Below, piece after piece: positions 1 to 12,379 of a DNA stretch of 64,000 nt. This DNA comes from Perkinsus olseni (lineage: Eukaryota): the NCBI GenBank assembly GCA_013115125.1, contig JABANN010000075.1, positions 1-64,000 of the forward strand. Reading direction: 5' to 3'. The position numbers and the translations under genes are program-made. Position 1 is the first letter of the stretch. The number at the start of each line of letters is the position of its first letter. The notes under the pieces were generated by a model, which saw only the letters and a program-made list of their open reading frames with translations, had not been told where the DNA came from and did no database searches.

Positions 1-272
1 GGTTTTGACCGGTTGATAGTCCGGCACATCGCAGCCTCCGGCTGCGCCTTGTCTTCCTATCAACCTTGCACAATATCTTTTTCGTGCAATTTTTAGTAAT
101 GCACGACACTGCGATCAACAATTTGCAAATTGGTGAACTATCGAGTAGGGGGGTTGAGAAATCAACGCTTGCTCTCGCGGTCTCACCGAACGTGAGCACA
201 ACTGTCTCTCATCAGGTGACTCCGCACAATCCGCACAACTCTTGCAGTTGCCATGTTTTCACGGCAGGAGTG

Positions 273-1682
273 ATGAGGATAGAGTTACTATTACTATGGC
301 CCTTCATAGCAGTGTTTGGCGGATGTATTGTGTCTATGATACTGATGGAGTATGTGCTGAAGCTCGATAAAGGTGCTGGTAACCTCCTTACTGTCACTGA
401 GGTCATAACAACCCTCAACCAGAGCTTCACTGGGACAAGCCTCTCTAGTTAGGATTCGTTACCGCACAACAGCTGCTGTTCAAAAGAGATATACCGAATA
501 AAACGGGAAATAAAAGGTTATTACCGTGGCGGCATCACGCCATACATGCTGGTACACCTTTGCTGGTGCTGTCGCTTCTGTGATGATGATAGTCCTCAGG
601 TTTATGGTTGTCCATGACGATACTTGTCAACGTTGTATTCGATTTCAATATAGCCGTACCAATCCATACGCTATTCCGGTACTACTAGAGTAGCCGCACC
701 ACGTTGTAGCGACATACTGTGATGCATAGTGGATAGGTCGTGCAACATAGTATCATCTGTTGTGGTTGGATACTACTTCTTCAACACGCTTTACACCAAG
801 GCAGAGATATTCGCCACCTACATGATAACCTTAGGTTGGTATTGTCATAGTAGAGGGGAACTCGACAACAGTCGCAGGTATATTCTTGGGGTCAATCGGT
901 GACATGAAGACCATCACATCCAACTGTTGTACTGGCCCACCATGGGAGAGTGCTGATGGGGAGACAGCAGCCACAAGGTGGAGTATAGGTATAGGTATCC
1001 TCACTGCTGTACTGTTCATACAGGCATTCCTCGGCCATATACAGGATCGGTAGGGACTCTTCATCATCGAGAGCAGCCATGAGTACCCCTTATAGGTACT
1101 ATAGGATGTACTCAAGCAGTAATGTATCAAGGAAAGCATTAGCGGATGAGTTCATGCTATATTCCCACATAGCGGGCCTGCTACCCATGGCGTTCCTCAG
1201 CAACAATCTCAAGCAGGTTAGTGTTCCTTATGATACACTCAGGCAGAACTGGCCCGCCCCTTAGCACTGGGACATCTTGGTAGCGACACCTCCAGCCTTT
1301 ACGTTCTTTAACATACAACTACCGATAGGCATTCTCATGGTCCTACACAGCTCTTCAACGCTATCCTCTGATGCAATGCTCAGGTCCTCCTCAACAACAT
1401 CACCCAGTCTGTATGCATATCAGGCGTGTTCGCTCTCTCCGCCAGGTGCTCACCGTTAACCGTGAATATAACCCTGTCCGCCCGGAAGTTCCTCACTGTT
1501 ATGGTAGTGCTGTCTGGTATCGCTACTCTAGTCGCCAAGTACAGGTATCTATCTATTGGTTTTCCAACCCGTGGACATGGATGCATTCAATAGCATTGGT
1601 TTTGGTATTCGGCGGAGTGGGCTTGTATGCCTCTGTAAGGAGGGATGGCAGAAGTGGCGCCGAGAAGTCACGCGGTAATTGA
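273..1682 (+). CDS. UDP-GlcNAc/UDP-xylose nucleotide-sugar transporter (YEA4/SLC35B4-like), multi-exon
   Basis: Exon pieces read AVFGGCIVSMILMEYVLKLDKGAGNLLT, FDFNIAVPIHTLFR, AFLGHIQD, EFMLYSH and SIYWFSNPWTWMHSIALVLVFGGVGLYA. These multi-TM segments resemble the UAA/YEA4 family. Confidence 0.8.
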
Positions 1683-1802
1683 TGTGCGTAACATGTTAGT
1701 GAATATACTGTATTTCTGTAACTATTCAACCTACTGCGTTCGATATCGTAAGTCCCTCTCCAACCAATAGTAACAAAACCATCAATCTTAGTCTGAAACT
1801 TG

Positions 1803-4368
1803 TTAGCCGGAAACGTGTTGTGAATTACTGGTGCTATCTCCATCCTCCACCTGGGACAAAGCAGTAGCTAGGTACTTCCTCTGTTTGCCTTCTGCAGCCA
1901 CGAAATCTTGTTCGCTGATACGTAGCACTCGCCAACCTTGCCTTTCGAGTAACCTGAAGTAGAGAAGAGATGATCTCTGTCTCCACGTTGCTGTCGTACC
2001 TCTTCTTGACCCTAGCCGATGCATCAATAAAGGTCTGTTGAGTGGACACGTCGTAGACACTATGGAATGCTCTACCATCGACCTCAACGGCTATCTTCCT
2101 ACTAGGGCTAGCGATATCTATCGATATACCCCAGGGAGGGAGTAGATACTCCTGTCGCCAATCCCCCCGCGGCAGTTGTGAATGAACACTTCTTTGTAGT
2201 GATGAGGGTTGTAGTGAATATGATGATGCATCCGTTAACCAAGAGCGTACCTTCAGCACCCACGCAGGAGGAGGAGGAGGAGGAGGAGTACCGATGCCTT
2301 CCTCTACATCATGCCGTAATACCCAGGCCCAATACAGCTGTGTTAGTCCCATATCACTGAAGGATTGACTATCGGCTAGCCTTTGGCGTAGCACCTGGCT
2401 GACTGTAAGGTCTGCTGCCTGTGCCTCTACGTAATCACTCTCCTTGTCCCAGAGATAGCTGCACTTGGGCGGAGGTAGATCGAGCACAGCCGTAGCCCAC
2501 TCAATAGTGGTTAGTTTATCAATACCCAGTCCAGTATCATCACCATCGGAGGTGTAGTCATAGGACCTCACTACTGCATCACATCGCGTAGCGTACTCTA
2601 TCATGCGCCGGTCGTGTGGTACGCCCCAAGTTGCCAATACCCATAGTAGCTGTCCACATTGATCAGGAGTCCAAGAGGAGATAGGCCGACGTAGTATAGC
2701 CTCTAACAGAGACGGATGGTAGAACTTAGCACCAGCAGCTGCCCGAGTGAGGGTTATGACGTGTCTATTAGCGAACCTATCGCCATAGCGATCAGCAATC
2801 CTAGCCATGTCTTGGACACTGTTGGGCTCCATCCCCCTCATCCTCCAGAGTGCCCATGCCACAGTGGCTGCATGCTGGCTGGTCATCTCATCATACCGAC
2901 TAGTTGTGAAGTAGGATAGCAATTCCCGCACTCGGGAGGATACCGAGTCGGAGGCGTAATCGTGTGTAGCATAAGCCCATGCTATATTAGCGATCGACTG
3001 CCTGTACTCACTTGATGACACTCTACCAGGGGTCTTTAGAATCTCCTGTAACGAGGCCTTATCGAAGAGCCCTCGGCAGTCGTCAATCCTTGTGGCGCCG
3101 AACGCCCAGAGGACATTGGCTACCTGTCGTAGTGAGAATACATGCAGGAGGCTCTCCACTTGAGGTTGTAAATGGACAACAGCTTGGAGTATTCGGTCCC
3201 GTAAGTAACTACTGGATGTCTCATACAACTTCCCCATAGACCATAGGACCAGAGAGAGCTCGAAGGGGCTCAAACGAGATGCATCAGCATTCCTCAATGA
3301 CTCGGAAATAACCCTACACACAAGGTCATTGGCACTGCTATCCGGTTGGAAGTTGGCCAATGACCATAGGGCCATGGTAGTGTTCTGCGGGTCTATTTCG
3401 TAATCACCCTCGTGTATACCACATATCACCTTACTCGATATCATTATCAGCTTGTCAATATCGGAGACTGGTCCGAGCTTGGAGAGTGTAGCAGAGCCCC
3501 AGAGCAGCAGGATAACATCCTTCAGGGTGAGAGGCACCCCCTTGTTGACATGCAGATCCATCGTGTGAGCCAAGCCTTGACGATATAGGTTCTGCATCAC
3601 CGGGTCCCCGACGTCTACTTTGATAGCCGCCCACATCGCCTTGACGACCGGTGGTGTTTTATCAACCAAGTTGATGCTAGATGCACAGTGTTCGGCCACT
3701 AAGGATAGGGGCACTCGGTAGGGTGATCGCTCCTGAAGGTTCACATGAAGTGTGGCTAAGGACCACATAGTAGCAGTGAGAGCAGGAGGGCTCATAGATT
3801 GCAATGGTGCTACAACCTGACGACAGCAGCCGTGATGGGAGCTGGCGTCCAGCGAGGATTCACTACTACCATAGTCTTAGAGAGTACTTGATGGAAGGTA
3901 ATGTCATCAGGGCTACATCGAGCTACTGCATGGCAGAGCCTTCCTAAGCCCTCCCTCACAGTAGGCGCATGCAGGAAGCCATTCTGTTGGCTGAGAGACG
4001 ACCGCGGCAGTGGTAGTGTCCAGTCCAGCACGTGGGTAGGATCTTACAATTTCCCCAATGCTCTCTCCACCCATTGCCAATGGTCCTCCTGGAGCTTGGG
4101 AACTTTATCATCAGTCAATCGAGCCAGTCTATCTATATACTCGGCATGACACCTTATATCGAAGGATCGTTTATGGGTGGTGTAGATCTCTCGGAGCTCA
4201 CCTGCGGGACTCACAGCAAGAGCGTCAGTTAGAGTGAAGGACTCGAGGACTGTGCTCACCTGCAGAACCACAGCTTTTCAGTATTTGATACACTTCTGCT
4301 GGGGTGGGGCGGGCTCGTACCAGCGCAGAAGCCGACGATGAGGCATGTTGAGTTGTTACTGGGACCAT
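1803..4368 (-). CDS. OPR-like helical-repeat protein with C-terminal RAP domain (organellar RNA-binding)
   Basis: Repeats include LSPFELSLVLWSMGKL, FSLRQVANVLWAFGA, QSIANIAWAYATH and WTPDQCGQLLWVLATW. The RAP motif reads QEYLLPPWGISIDIA...IAVEVDGRAFH...RLLERQGWRVLRISEQDF. The start is approximate. Confidence 0.8.
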
Positions 4369-4526
4369 GCGCTGGTATTAAAAAACTGGAGCAGTACCCG
4401 AATAAGCAATAAATCGAACGAGCCGCCGGGAAGGAGAGGTGACTATGCTGTAGCAGCTAAGGATGTGCCAATCAGGGTGACGGATCTATCGATATTTGGC
4501 TAACCGAGGCTCAGAGTTCATACTCC

Positions 4527-7139
4527 TCAGACACTTGAGGATTGACAGCTGTTAGTGCGGTGGTGACGAATCTGCCTGCCCCATCTGGAGAAGTGGGCTT
4601 CCCCGATGGCAAGAATTACCATACCTATCAAGGCGACATGCTTCTCAGCTCGGACGAGCAACCGGAAGCATGCCGATGACGTAAGAGTTCCGACTAGCAT
4701 CATACCAGCGATAGCACACCAGCAAACTAGTCCACAGGTAGTAGTGTGTGCCACTCACAAGGTCGGCAACCGAAGGGACAATATGGTAGCCTCATCGTCA
4801 AGCCGATGCCTCTCAAACATGAGGGAGACAAAGCTTGACTCGGGTATGATGGTCTATGTTGAGGACTCCCCCGAGATTCACTTGTGGTGCATTGTGACGA
4901 CCACAGGAGTGAGCCATAATCATCGATAAATATACGCCTCAACTCGGGAGTATGCCGAGCTATGAGGAGCCCAGAACCCTGAACAGAGTCAGTTCAGAGG
5001 CCGAGATAATGGCTGCTGATGATGATGTTGGGAAGGTGAGTATAACGGTATGCAGCCTACCAGCGTCCGTTACAATGCGACAACAACAAGAGACATCGAT
5101 AAACTGGTAGAAAGCAGGTACGTTAAATGATGGTCGTATGTTGATAATGATACGCATTGAGGAGGTTGTCCAAGATGGCAGACCTCCTATCGGCGGCTGA
5201 TGCTCTGAACTCCATAAAGATGTCCTTGACGGTCTGTATACGGTTCTTTGTTCCCTTCAACATCACACTCCTTTGACCTGCCTGGGACGTGGACGATATC
5301 TGACGCGTTGTCGATACTCGATGGGACTAAGATCATCATGATCTGATCATGGGAATAAATCCTCACTTTAATATCGACTATCTCGGTTGCAGCCTTAATC
5401 TCCTCTAACCGTCTAGTAACCACTTGGGATACTTTCTCCGGTATCTTTACCAAGTTGCTCACTACGGGCTCACTATCCTCAGGGTCTATTGTCTGATAAC
5501 AACATCATAGTTATCACCCAGAGGTTTACGCAGGAAGGCAAGTAGTTCTACCACGTACCTGGCCATGGACAAAGTGGCCCTGACTGCCACTACTCTCTGC
5601 TGGATGCTGTGATACCATCGACCCAATAACGGCAGCAGGAGCTCCGTCTAGAGAGGTCCCGATACCACCTGATGGATGGTGTACCGCCCCGCAGCGGCTA
5701 CTGCTGCTACACCGCCTGACCTTTCCCTTTATGAGCTCGAGGTTGGTAAGCCTCCACTTTCCGTAGCCACTCCTCATTCTCCACTGCTGCTGCATCCTCC
5801 TGTTGCTGCATCCTAGCTCTACCCCTCGACGACCCAAAACCGTACTCTTCCCTATGGCATTATTACCCATACTCATCCTCCGCATGTTAATACTACCAGA
5901 GATCACGGATGCCCTGGGGTGTGAGACATCTCGGTATGATATCCTCTCTTATGAACTCAGCAGCGGAGGACACTGTACTTGACGATACACTGTGTCCTTC
6001 AATCGGCACCACGACGAGAGTACCAGCAACTCTATGATAGAAAGGCTCCGAGAGAACCGTGAAGTTACTCTCTGTGTTACCCTAGATCGAAGAAGGCCTT
6101 GCAGTCATACTCGTCCTCTAGTCGAGCTTCAAAGCGACATGCCTTGGAGTCCAGCAGTCTCATCATAGTGGGCATAATGTAGTGGGCCTGATAGTAGCAG
6201 GTAATAGTGCTTGCGGGATTTGTGGTATGGCGACTATCAACGCTACTACATTATCACCAAGATTTATCATGACTGGCGCCGCTGCCGTAGCGGAGGCACT
6301 CTTCTCGAGTACATCACGGGGTTGGAATGGATCACCGAAGGGGTTGTCAGCAGTAGGGATGACTGCCTGATAATAAAGCCACCTTCACTGAGCGGGAGGA
6401 GGGGTATGCACTGACCTTCGATGTTGCTGTAAGATGTCTGTCCGTTGTACTGACCCCACTCTGCTGCTGCTGCTGCTGAGCTATCCTCAACGCAGCAGCA
6501 GCGGCCTCCGCAATAGCCGTTCCCACGATATCGCTACTTTGCCCCCCTTGTCGTAAGCTATCTAGAAGCATTCTACGTACAATGCTGTACATATTTGTTC
6601 ACTACCACCCTCCGTCCGTTGCCGTTTCCACTGCAAACCCTCCTCACCACTACTCTCACTAGGACTAGGAGCACTAACACTACTACGACTGGAATGCTGT
6701 TGTTTACGACTGATTCCCAGCGGCTCTATCCTTGCGTGTGTGCCAGCCTTCTGTTTAACCTGACATAGATGCATGTATACCTCGGTCGTGTAGGGCTGCT
6801 AGCTGTACATGCAGTGGGGCCCTCATTCCTTGTTCTTGTCTGCCTAGGCCGCTCCCCGGCTGCCACCCCATCTTCTCCAGTAACGCTCTACCCTTATTCA
6901 GCTTGGAGTTAGTCGCATTGGCCATTGGAAATGGTAGTACTAGAAGCCACTATGTCGCTATCAGGTGAGCACTGTTCTAGCAGGGTAACGCGATGGAACT
7001 GCGAGGATCGATACTGCTAGAGAAGTGCTGAACACAACCCCATGCCTTGTGCCCCTTCCAACAGCTTGAACCTCCGAAGAGAGTGCCGGGTAGTGAGGTA
7101 TGCTCTACTGAGGTGGTCTATAAAAACCATTGCGAGCAT
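4527..7139 (-). CDS. G-patch domain protein, multi-exon (boundaries approximate)
   Basis: The minus strand at ~6826-6905 reads NKGRALLEKMGWQPGSGLGRQEQG, the G-patch consensus. Downstream minus-strand ORFs are separated by short GT-AG introns. Confidence 0.6.
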
Positions 7140-7447
7140 AGCCCCACTACTCTCTGACAATGAAGTTATGCTTCACAGGTGTCTCTTCAGTGGCATGCAG
7201 CCCCACGGGCTGTGGGCCACAGTTAAACCAGAGAAGGTTCCCCCAAACTTTCCCCCCAACCCGAGTAGTAGTTACAACCACTCCTGACGGCCCAAACTGA
7301 ACTCAAACACACAAAGGACCAAATTGATGAGCATGCACAACAACAAATGACTACCGAGGCCAAAGCTTCGGTGAGAACAACCATAACAACTAAATAACAA
7401 CTGCATGCATATACCACTACCCTACTCTAGGAGAATGATAATGATGC

Positions 7448-8302
7448 TCAAAGGAGTACAAAATCGTCCTCTCCAGCATGACTACGCTCTACGTGGATGA
7501 AGGGGGGTGATGCCTCAACAACAAGAGGGAGATTACCACCCTCGAGGAGGGTCCAGTCTCCCTCGATGTCCCCTTCAACCATGCTAATACGATTATCGTC
7601 CACCTCCTGAATAAGAGTATCGGCAGGGGATGCCGATGGCTCAACCATGACAAGAGGCTCATCATCAGCGTCCAACGATGAATGTGATGAGAATGATGAG
7701 GATCTTGCAGTAGTGGAGTGGGTAGATACTACTGGGGCTGCCACCAGTGATCCCCAATCGACAAGTATGTCATGATGGTTCATTATACCAACGTCCGGCC
7801 CATCATGCTTGGACGCGTCCTGACGATGTAGGAGGATTGTATCCTCAACGCAGGAGGGAATGAGAGGATTATGGTTGTTGTTGCCGCCGTACGGAGAGAG
7901 TGCATCATCATCGTCCTCAGTATAGATGCCTAGGGGCCTCTTCCTTCTCCTCACGCCATTCAGAATGCCGTTGAGGGTATCCATACTACGACGTCCATTA
8001 TAGCGTGGCTTACTGTCAGTCACGGACGAGAAGTTATGCTGTATGAACTCCTTCAATATCGGAGTAATAACTGCATCATAGCACTCAATCATGCCCAGGG
8101 CTCCAGCCCCGCTCCTCGTAGCCTTACTACAGTCTATCCTGGGCACGAAGGGGTCATCGGCCATCACACAAGGGGACGAAGAAGAAGAAGGCTGACTACC
8201 AATCTCACTCTCATCGTGAGCGAACCACCTGAAATGAACTTTGTAGAGCGCAGACCGAGTGACAAGGACTTACAGAGGGAAGGCTGTAGTAGTAGGCACC
8301 AT
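7448..8302 (-). CDS. Acidic, largely disordered hypothetical protein with LIR/AIM-like motifs
   Basis: ATG at 8302 (MVPTTTAFPL) is followed by one GTAAGT...TTTCAG intron that splices in frame to the 239-aa ORF. The protein has a basic cluster RRRKRP and ends EDDFVLL*. Confidence 0.6.
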
Positions 8303-8386
8303 CGAGGGGTAAGAGTGGCAGGAGGGATGAATCCAGAGGTTACGGTAAATAACGAGCTGTGGAGGAGATCAGTAAGCGCACCCCTA

Positions 8387-8692
8387 AAGGGTGTTTCAAA
8401 ACCTCGTGAGCACCTTTGAGTATGCATAAGTCAGTGTCCCGCAAGAGTTTCGAGTAAATTTTTTTGTGGCTTATGGCCAGGATTCCCATCAATCGGCACG
8501 CCGAATCTCGTCGAACTACGTGGCTGGCGACGAAAGATATGGCAATTCAACGCGCTCTCGGAGGCGACTGGCTCAGACGACTTTCGATTCGCTCAGCCAC
8601 TGTTTCTCAGCGTGCTGAGTTGCAATATGCCGTGCCATTTCGGCCGTGAGTGCACGTAGCCAAAAGTGCTCACGAGGTTCTGAAACACCCTT
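8387..8692. mobile_element. MITE, Tc1/mariner-like non-autonomous element (306 bp)
   Basis: 32-bp terminal inverted repeats with 2 mismatches: AAGGGTGTTTCAAAACCTCGTGAGCACCTTTG (8387-8418) and the reverse complement of 8661-8692, AAGGGTGTTTCAGAACCTCGTGAGCACTTTTG. TA flanks both ends (8385-86, 8693-94). No transposase ORF. Confidence 0.85.
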
Positions 8693-8738
8693 TATTACCT
8701 TCCCAATCACAACACAACACTCCAGTCGAAAGGTCGTG

Positions 8739-9960
8739 CTACCGCCGCCGTTCTTTAGCCTTCCTCGCCATAAGCATCCGTACAGACTGTTCTACTACAT
8801 GACTACTCCTATCGGATGATGATGATGATGATGAGGACGATGATAAGCCTCCTCTCTTCTTCTTCCTCCGCCCACCGAATATGGGCTCTGATAGCTTCTT
8901 GGCTTTAGTTATGGCAGTATTAACATGATGTGGGTTGGTCTTGAACATACCGGCCCTCCTCAATCTTGCTGCTTCCCGAGTATCCTCTTCATCGACATCA
9001 GCTAGCATCATACCTCAAATTCAACCACAAGTAACCGACGCCGCCCCTAAAACACCAACCACATTACCAAAGTTATGTTTCTTTTCTCGTCTCCTCTTTT
9101 CCTCCTCTATTATTTTACTCTCCTCTCGGAATCTCTTTCTCACTACACGACTTGCTGTGTAATCATCACCATGCAGTTCATCTTCTCTCCGTATAAGAGC
9201 CCTCAACCCTACACATACCATCATCACCGCTACCGTGATCACCAATTAATACCATCTTTCTGAGTTTTCACACGCCCTTCATCCGTGACAGTCTTCTCCA
9301 ATTTAAACATAGGGTCATTCTCCATATCCCGCCGCGTCTCTGGGTCAATGACCTCAATACTACCTACACCACCGATCATCATCAACAGACGAGGATTCTC
9401 TCATGTATTACCAGCACTCTTCGGGTCCCATTCCATAGCACATTTGGTGCAGCCGGACTCCAATGAGTATCCCGCATGCTCAGGATCGGTTCGAATAACG
9501 AACGGGTTCTCACACTTTTTACAGAGGAAGGTGAACTCGTAAATTGGTGTGGTGTAGTACGAACCGACTTTCTTCTTCCGTGCATTGAATCTTACACCCT
9601 GAGACACCAACCATCCGTAATCCTCCGTGAGAACAGCCTCCACCAACCTGAGCGGTCCTTTGAAGACACTTATCGCATCGGACGTGGAAAGGCATCTCGA
9701 AGCGTATGATGATGATACCCTCGGATATATACCTACATCATGGGAGTATGTCCGAACAAGTAGAACAGACGGTGTAGTACTTGGCCCTTTTCCCCAACGT
9801 ATGCGCCTTGTTAATCTTATTAATGGTACCATGACGTTCTTCATAACTGAATAACAGCAACAAGCCTTGATAACGGGTGATGGTATGATGATACCTACTC
9901 GGGTGGAAAGTAGAAGTTATCGGCACGCGTTGCCTTGATAGCTAGGCCAGACTGTGACAT
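8739..9960 (-). CDS. YJU2B: CWC16-family splicing factor CCDC130/YJU2B (DUF572)
   Basis: N-terminus MSQSGLAIKATRADNFYFPPE; GVRFNARKKKVGSYYTTPIYEFTFLCKKCENPFVIRTDP; DDYTASRVVRKRFREE. Confidence 0.85.
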
Positions 9961-10591
9961 TGCTGACGATGATTAAAGGGGTTGTCAACTGTAATGTACT
10001 CATGTGAGGCACTTGGACTCGGCCTACGAGCAGCTGCCTTCTCCCACGTCATGGGATGAAAATGCTGAGGGGCTCCTCCTCAGCAAGTGAACGGATGCGA
10101 CTTCAATTGCGATAATCAGAGGCTAACAAGGTGATGGAACACAAATTCAGTAAGACGCTCATGGGGGCCACCGTTACACAGACCGTTGTGACAATTCGGC
10201 ATCAATTTCTACCCCTCATCGCCAGTCGCAGAGAACTCGCACTTCATCACGCAAAGCTCCATCCCACTAGTTTTCCAACACAGGTAGAATCTCATGGATT
10301 GCACAGACCTCAGTCGGCCAAGACTCATTCCACCATTGCGCACTCGCAAAAATTCGTAGTTTCCAAACACGTTTCGCCGGCTCAAAGATTCAGATTACTG
10401 GGCGCGCGCTACTTTGAAAAACAATCCTGCGTCGAGCATGATTCTCCTTCGGGAGCGGTAATGAGACGAGCCGGAGTTGTGCGTTCGCGTTGAGGGAGCT
10501 GGTAATGGAACTTGTGTCATTCCCATGCCTATGATCTGGTTTGACTCTCGTAATTCTCTAGTTTATAACATTTCCATCGTATCCCTTACGA

Positions 10592-12379
10592 ATGGGCTCC
10601 TCCTTCTCTACTATGTTGGGCTGTGACGGGCCTTCCTTCTCTCTCCGTGAGCCTAAGACTCTCGCCATGATAGGTATTACTAGCACCGGCACCGGCTCTC
10701 AGTTTTACTTCGGTCTTACTTCATGTAGGTGCTCCTATATCTGAGGGTCAGGACTACGATTCAGGAGTTGACAAGGCCCCTCAAGCCCTTAGGGATGGCG
10801 GCGTTGAAGCGGTGAGCTGAGTGTAGGCTTTGTCTTACAGCAGTAGTGTGTATGTCAGGTTGTAAAGGCAGTCGGTTGGGACTTCGAGGATCGAGGTGAT
10901 CTCGACTTCGAAGTACTCGGGAACATAGCAGTTCCCAACGCTCCAGCAGGTAACGAGATTTATTCTGTTTACCACCTTGCACGTAGGTTGCTTATGGGTC
11001 ATTCTCAGTGCCACCTTCTCGAGCTACCATCCCGTATTACGACGACGCGAAGATCAAGAACTGTGAGAGGATTGGTCGGGCCTGTGGACATGTGAGCCTT
11101 GGCATAACTTATCCTGCATCACGATGGTATCCCTTTATTTAGATATTTGATGCAGTTTATAACGCAGCTAGTGAGGGGAAGTTCGTCTTAACGGTCGGTG
11201 GCGATCACAGTTTGGCCTGCCCCACGATTTCTGGTAGGTCGTTAGACGGATCGTCTTAATCAGTCATCCTGGTTACTCCTCATCTTTAGGTATCATGCGT
11301 GCTCGCCCCGACACTTGTGTTGTTTGGGTGGACGCCCATGGCGATTGTAATCATCCTGGTACCAGCCCTTCGGGGAACTATCACGGTAAGCTCTTCACTC
11401 ACTGCGGGCGTGCACCCACTCGAAGTCATCAGGTATGCCAGCTGCACATGCGATGGGCTGGTTCGAAAAGCGAGCTAGAGGGTTCGAATGGATGGATTCC
11501 CACCTTACGCACCCTCTACAGGAAGACCGAATCGGTAATGGGAGTTCGAACGTGGAACGTGATATGATTATCGTTGGAGTGTGTGCTGTTGTCAGTTTTC
11601 ATCGGCCTGCGCGATATCGACCCCGAAGAAAGAAGACTCCTCAGACAGTCTCGTGTCAAGGTGAGGTTCAGTGCGTTCTACGTCCCTGCCTTATTCTCTC
11701 ATCGCAGTGCTTCACTATGACTGATGTTGATCGTTTGGGTATTTCGGCGGTCATGGAGGAAGCATTGAAGCACATTAACCCGAAGGGTGATCGTCCTATC
11801 CATCTATCACTGGATATCGATGGCATAGGTGAGTTCATGATGGTGTGCGCGCTCTGTTCCGATCACGATTCTATGTAGATCCCGTTATCGCTCCTGGAAC
11901 TGGCACGAAGGCCAAGGGCGGATTAACGTACAGGTACTTGCGGGTTCTGCCGAGTCTTAAGAGCTACTGGGCATCGCTTTTAGAGAATCACATTACATCT
12001 GCGAGAGGTTGGCTATGACAGGGCAGCTTGGTAGCATGGATCTTGTGGAGATCAACCCAGTCATGGATATGAATATCCTACGGAAATCCAAGGATATGGC
12101 AAGCCCAAAATCAACCACTTCGCCTCACCCTCGTGAGTTAAAGTGAATTTCCGTTCTTATAGTATGTCCGCCTCCTGGTCAGTTCATATGCATCCTATTG
12201 ATGATGGAAGTAAGTTGGCCGATTCTGAGCTTGAAGAGCATTTACATGGCGATAATCCTCTCATCAGAGGTCCACCTACTGTAGGTCAAACCCTGTTGCA
12301 ACTATTTCATCCGACTGCTTCTCAGGTCCGACTCGGTTTAGAGTTGGTCGAGAGTGCCCTTGGTAAAACCATAATATAA
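10592..12379 (+). CDS. Arginase (ureohydrolase family), multi-exon
   Basis: Mn-binding motifs are intact: [42 protein letters not shown] and MDLVEINP. The protein ends [13 protein letters not shown]. Confidence 0.93.

Noticed and set aside
10131-10500. Possible second MITE or a 120-aa ORF in the CCDC130/arginase divergent spacer
   Set aside because: Only a weak, gapped inverted match and no target duplication. The ORF starts with GTG and is unrecognisable. A promoter region is more likely.
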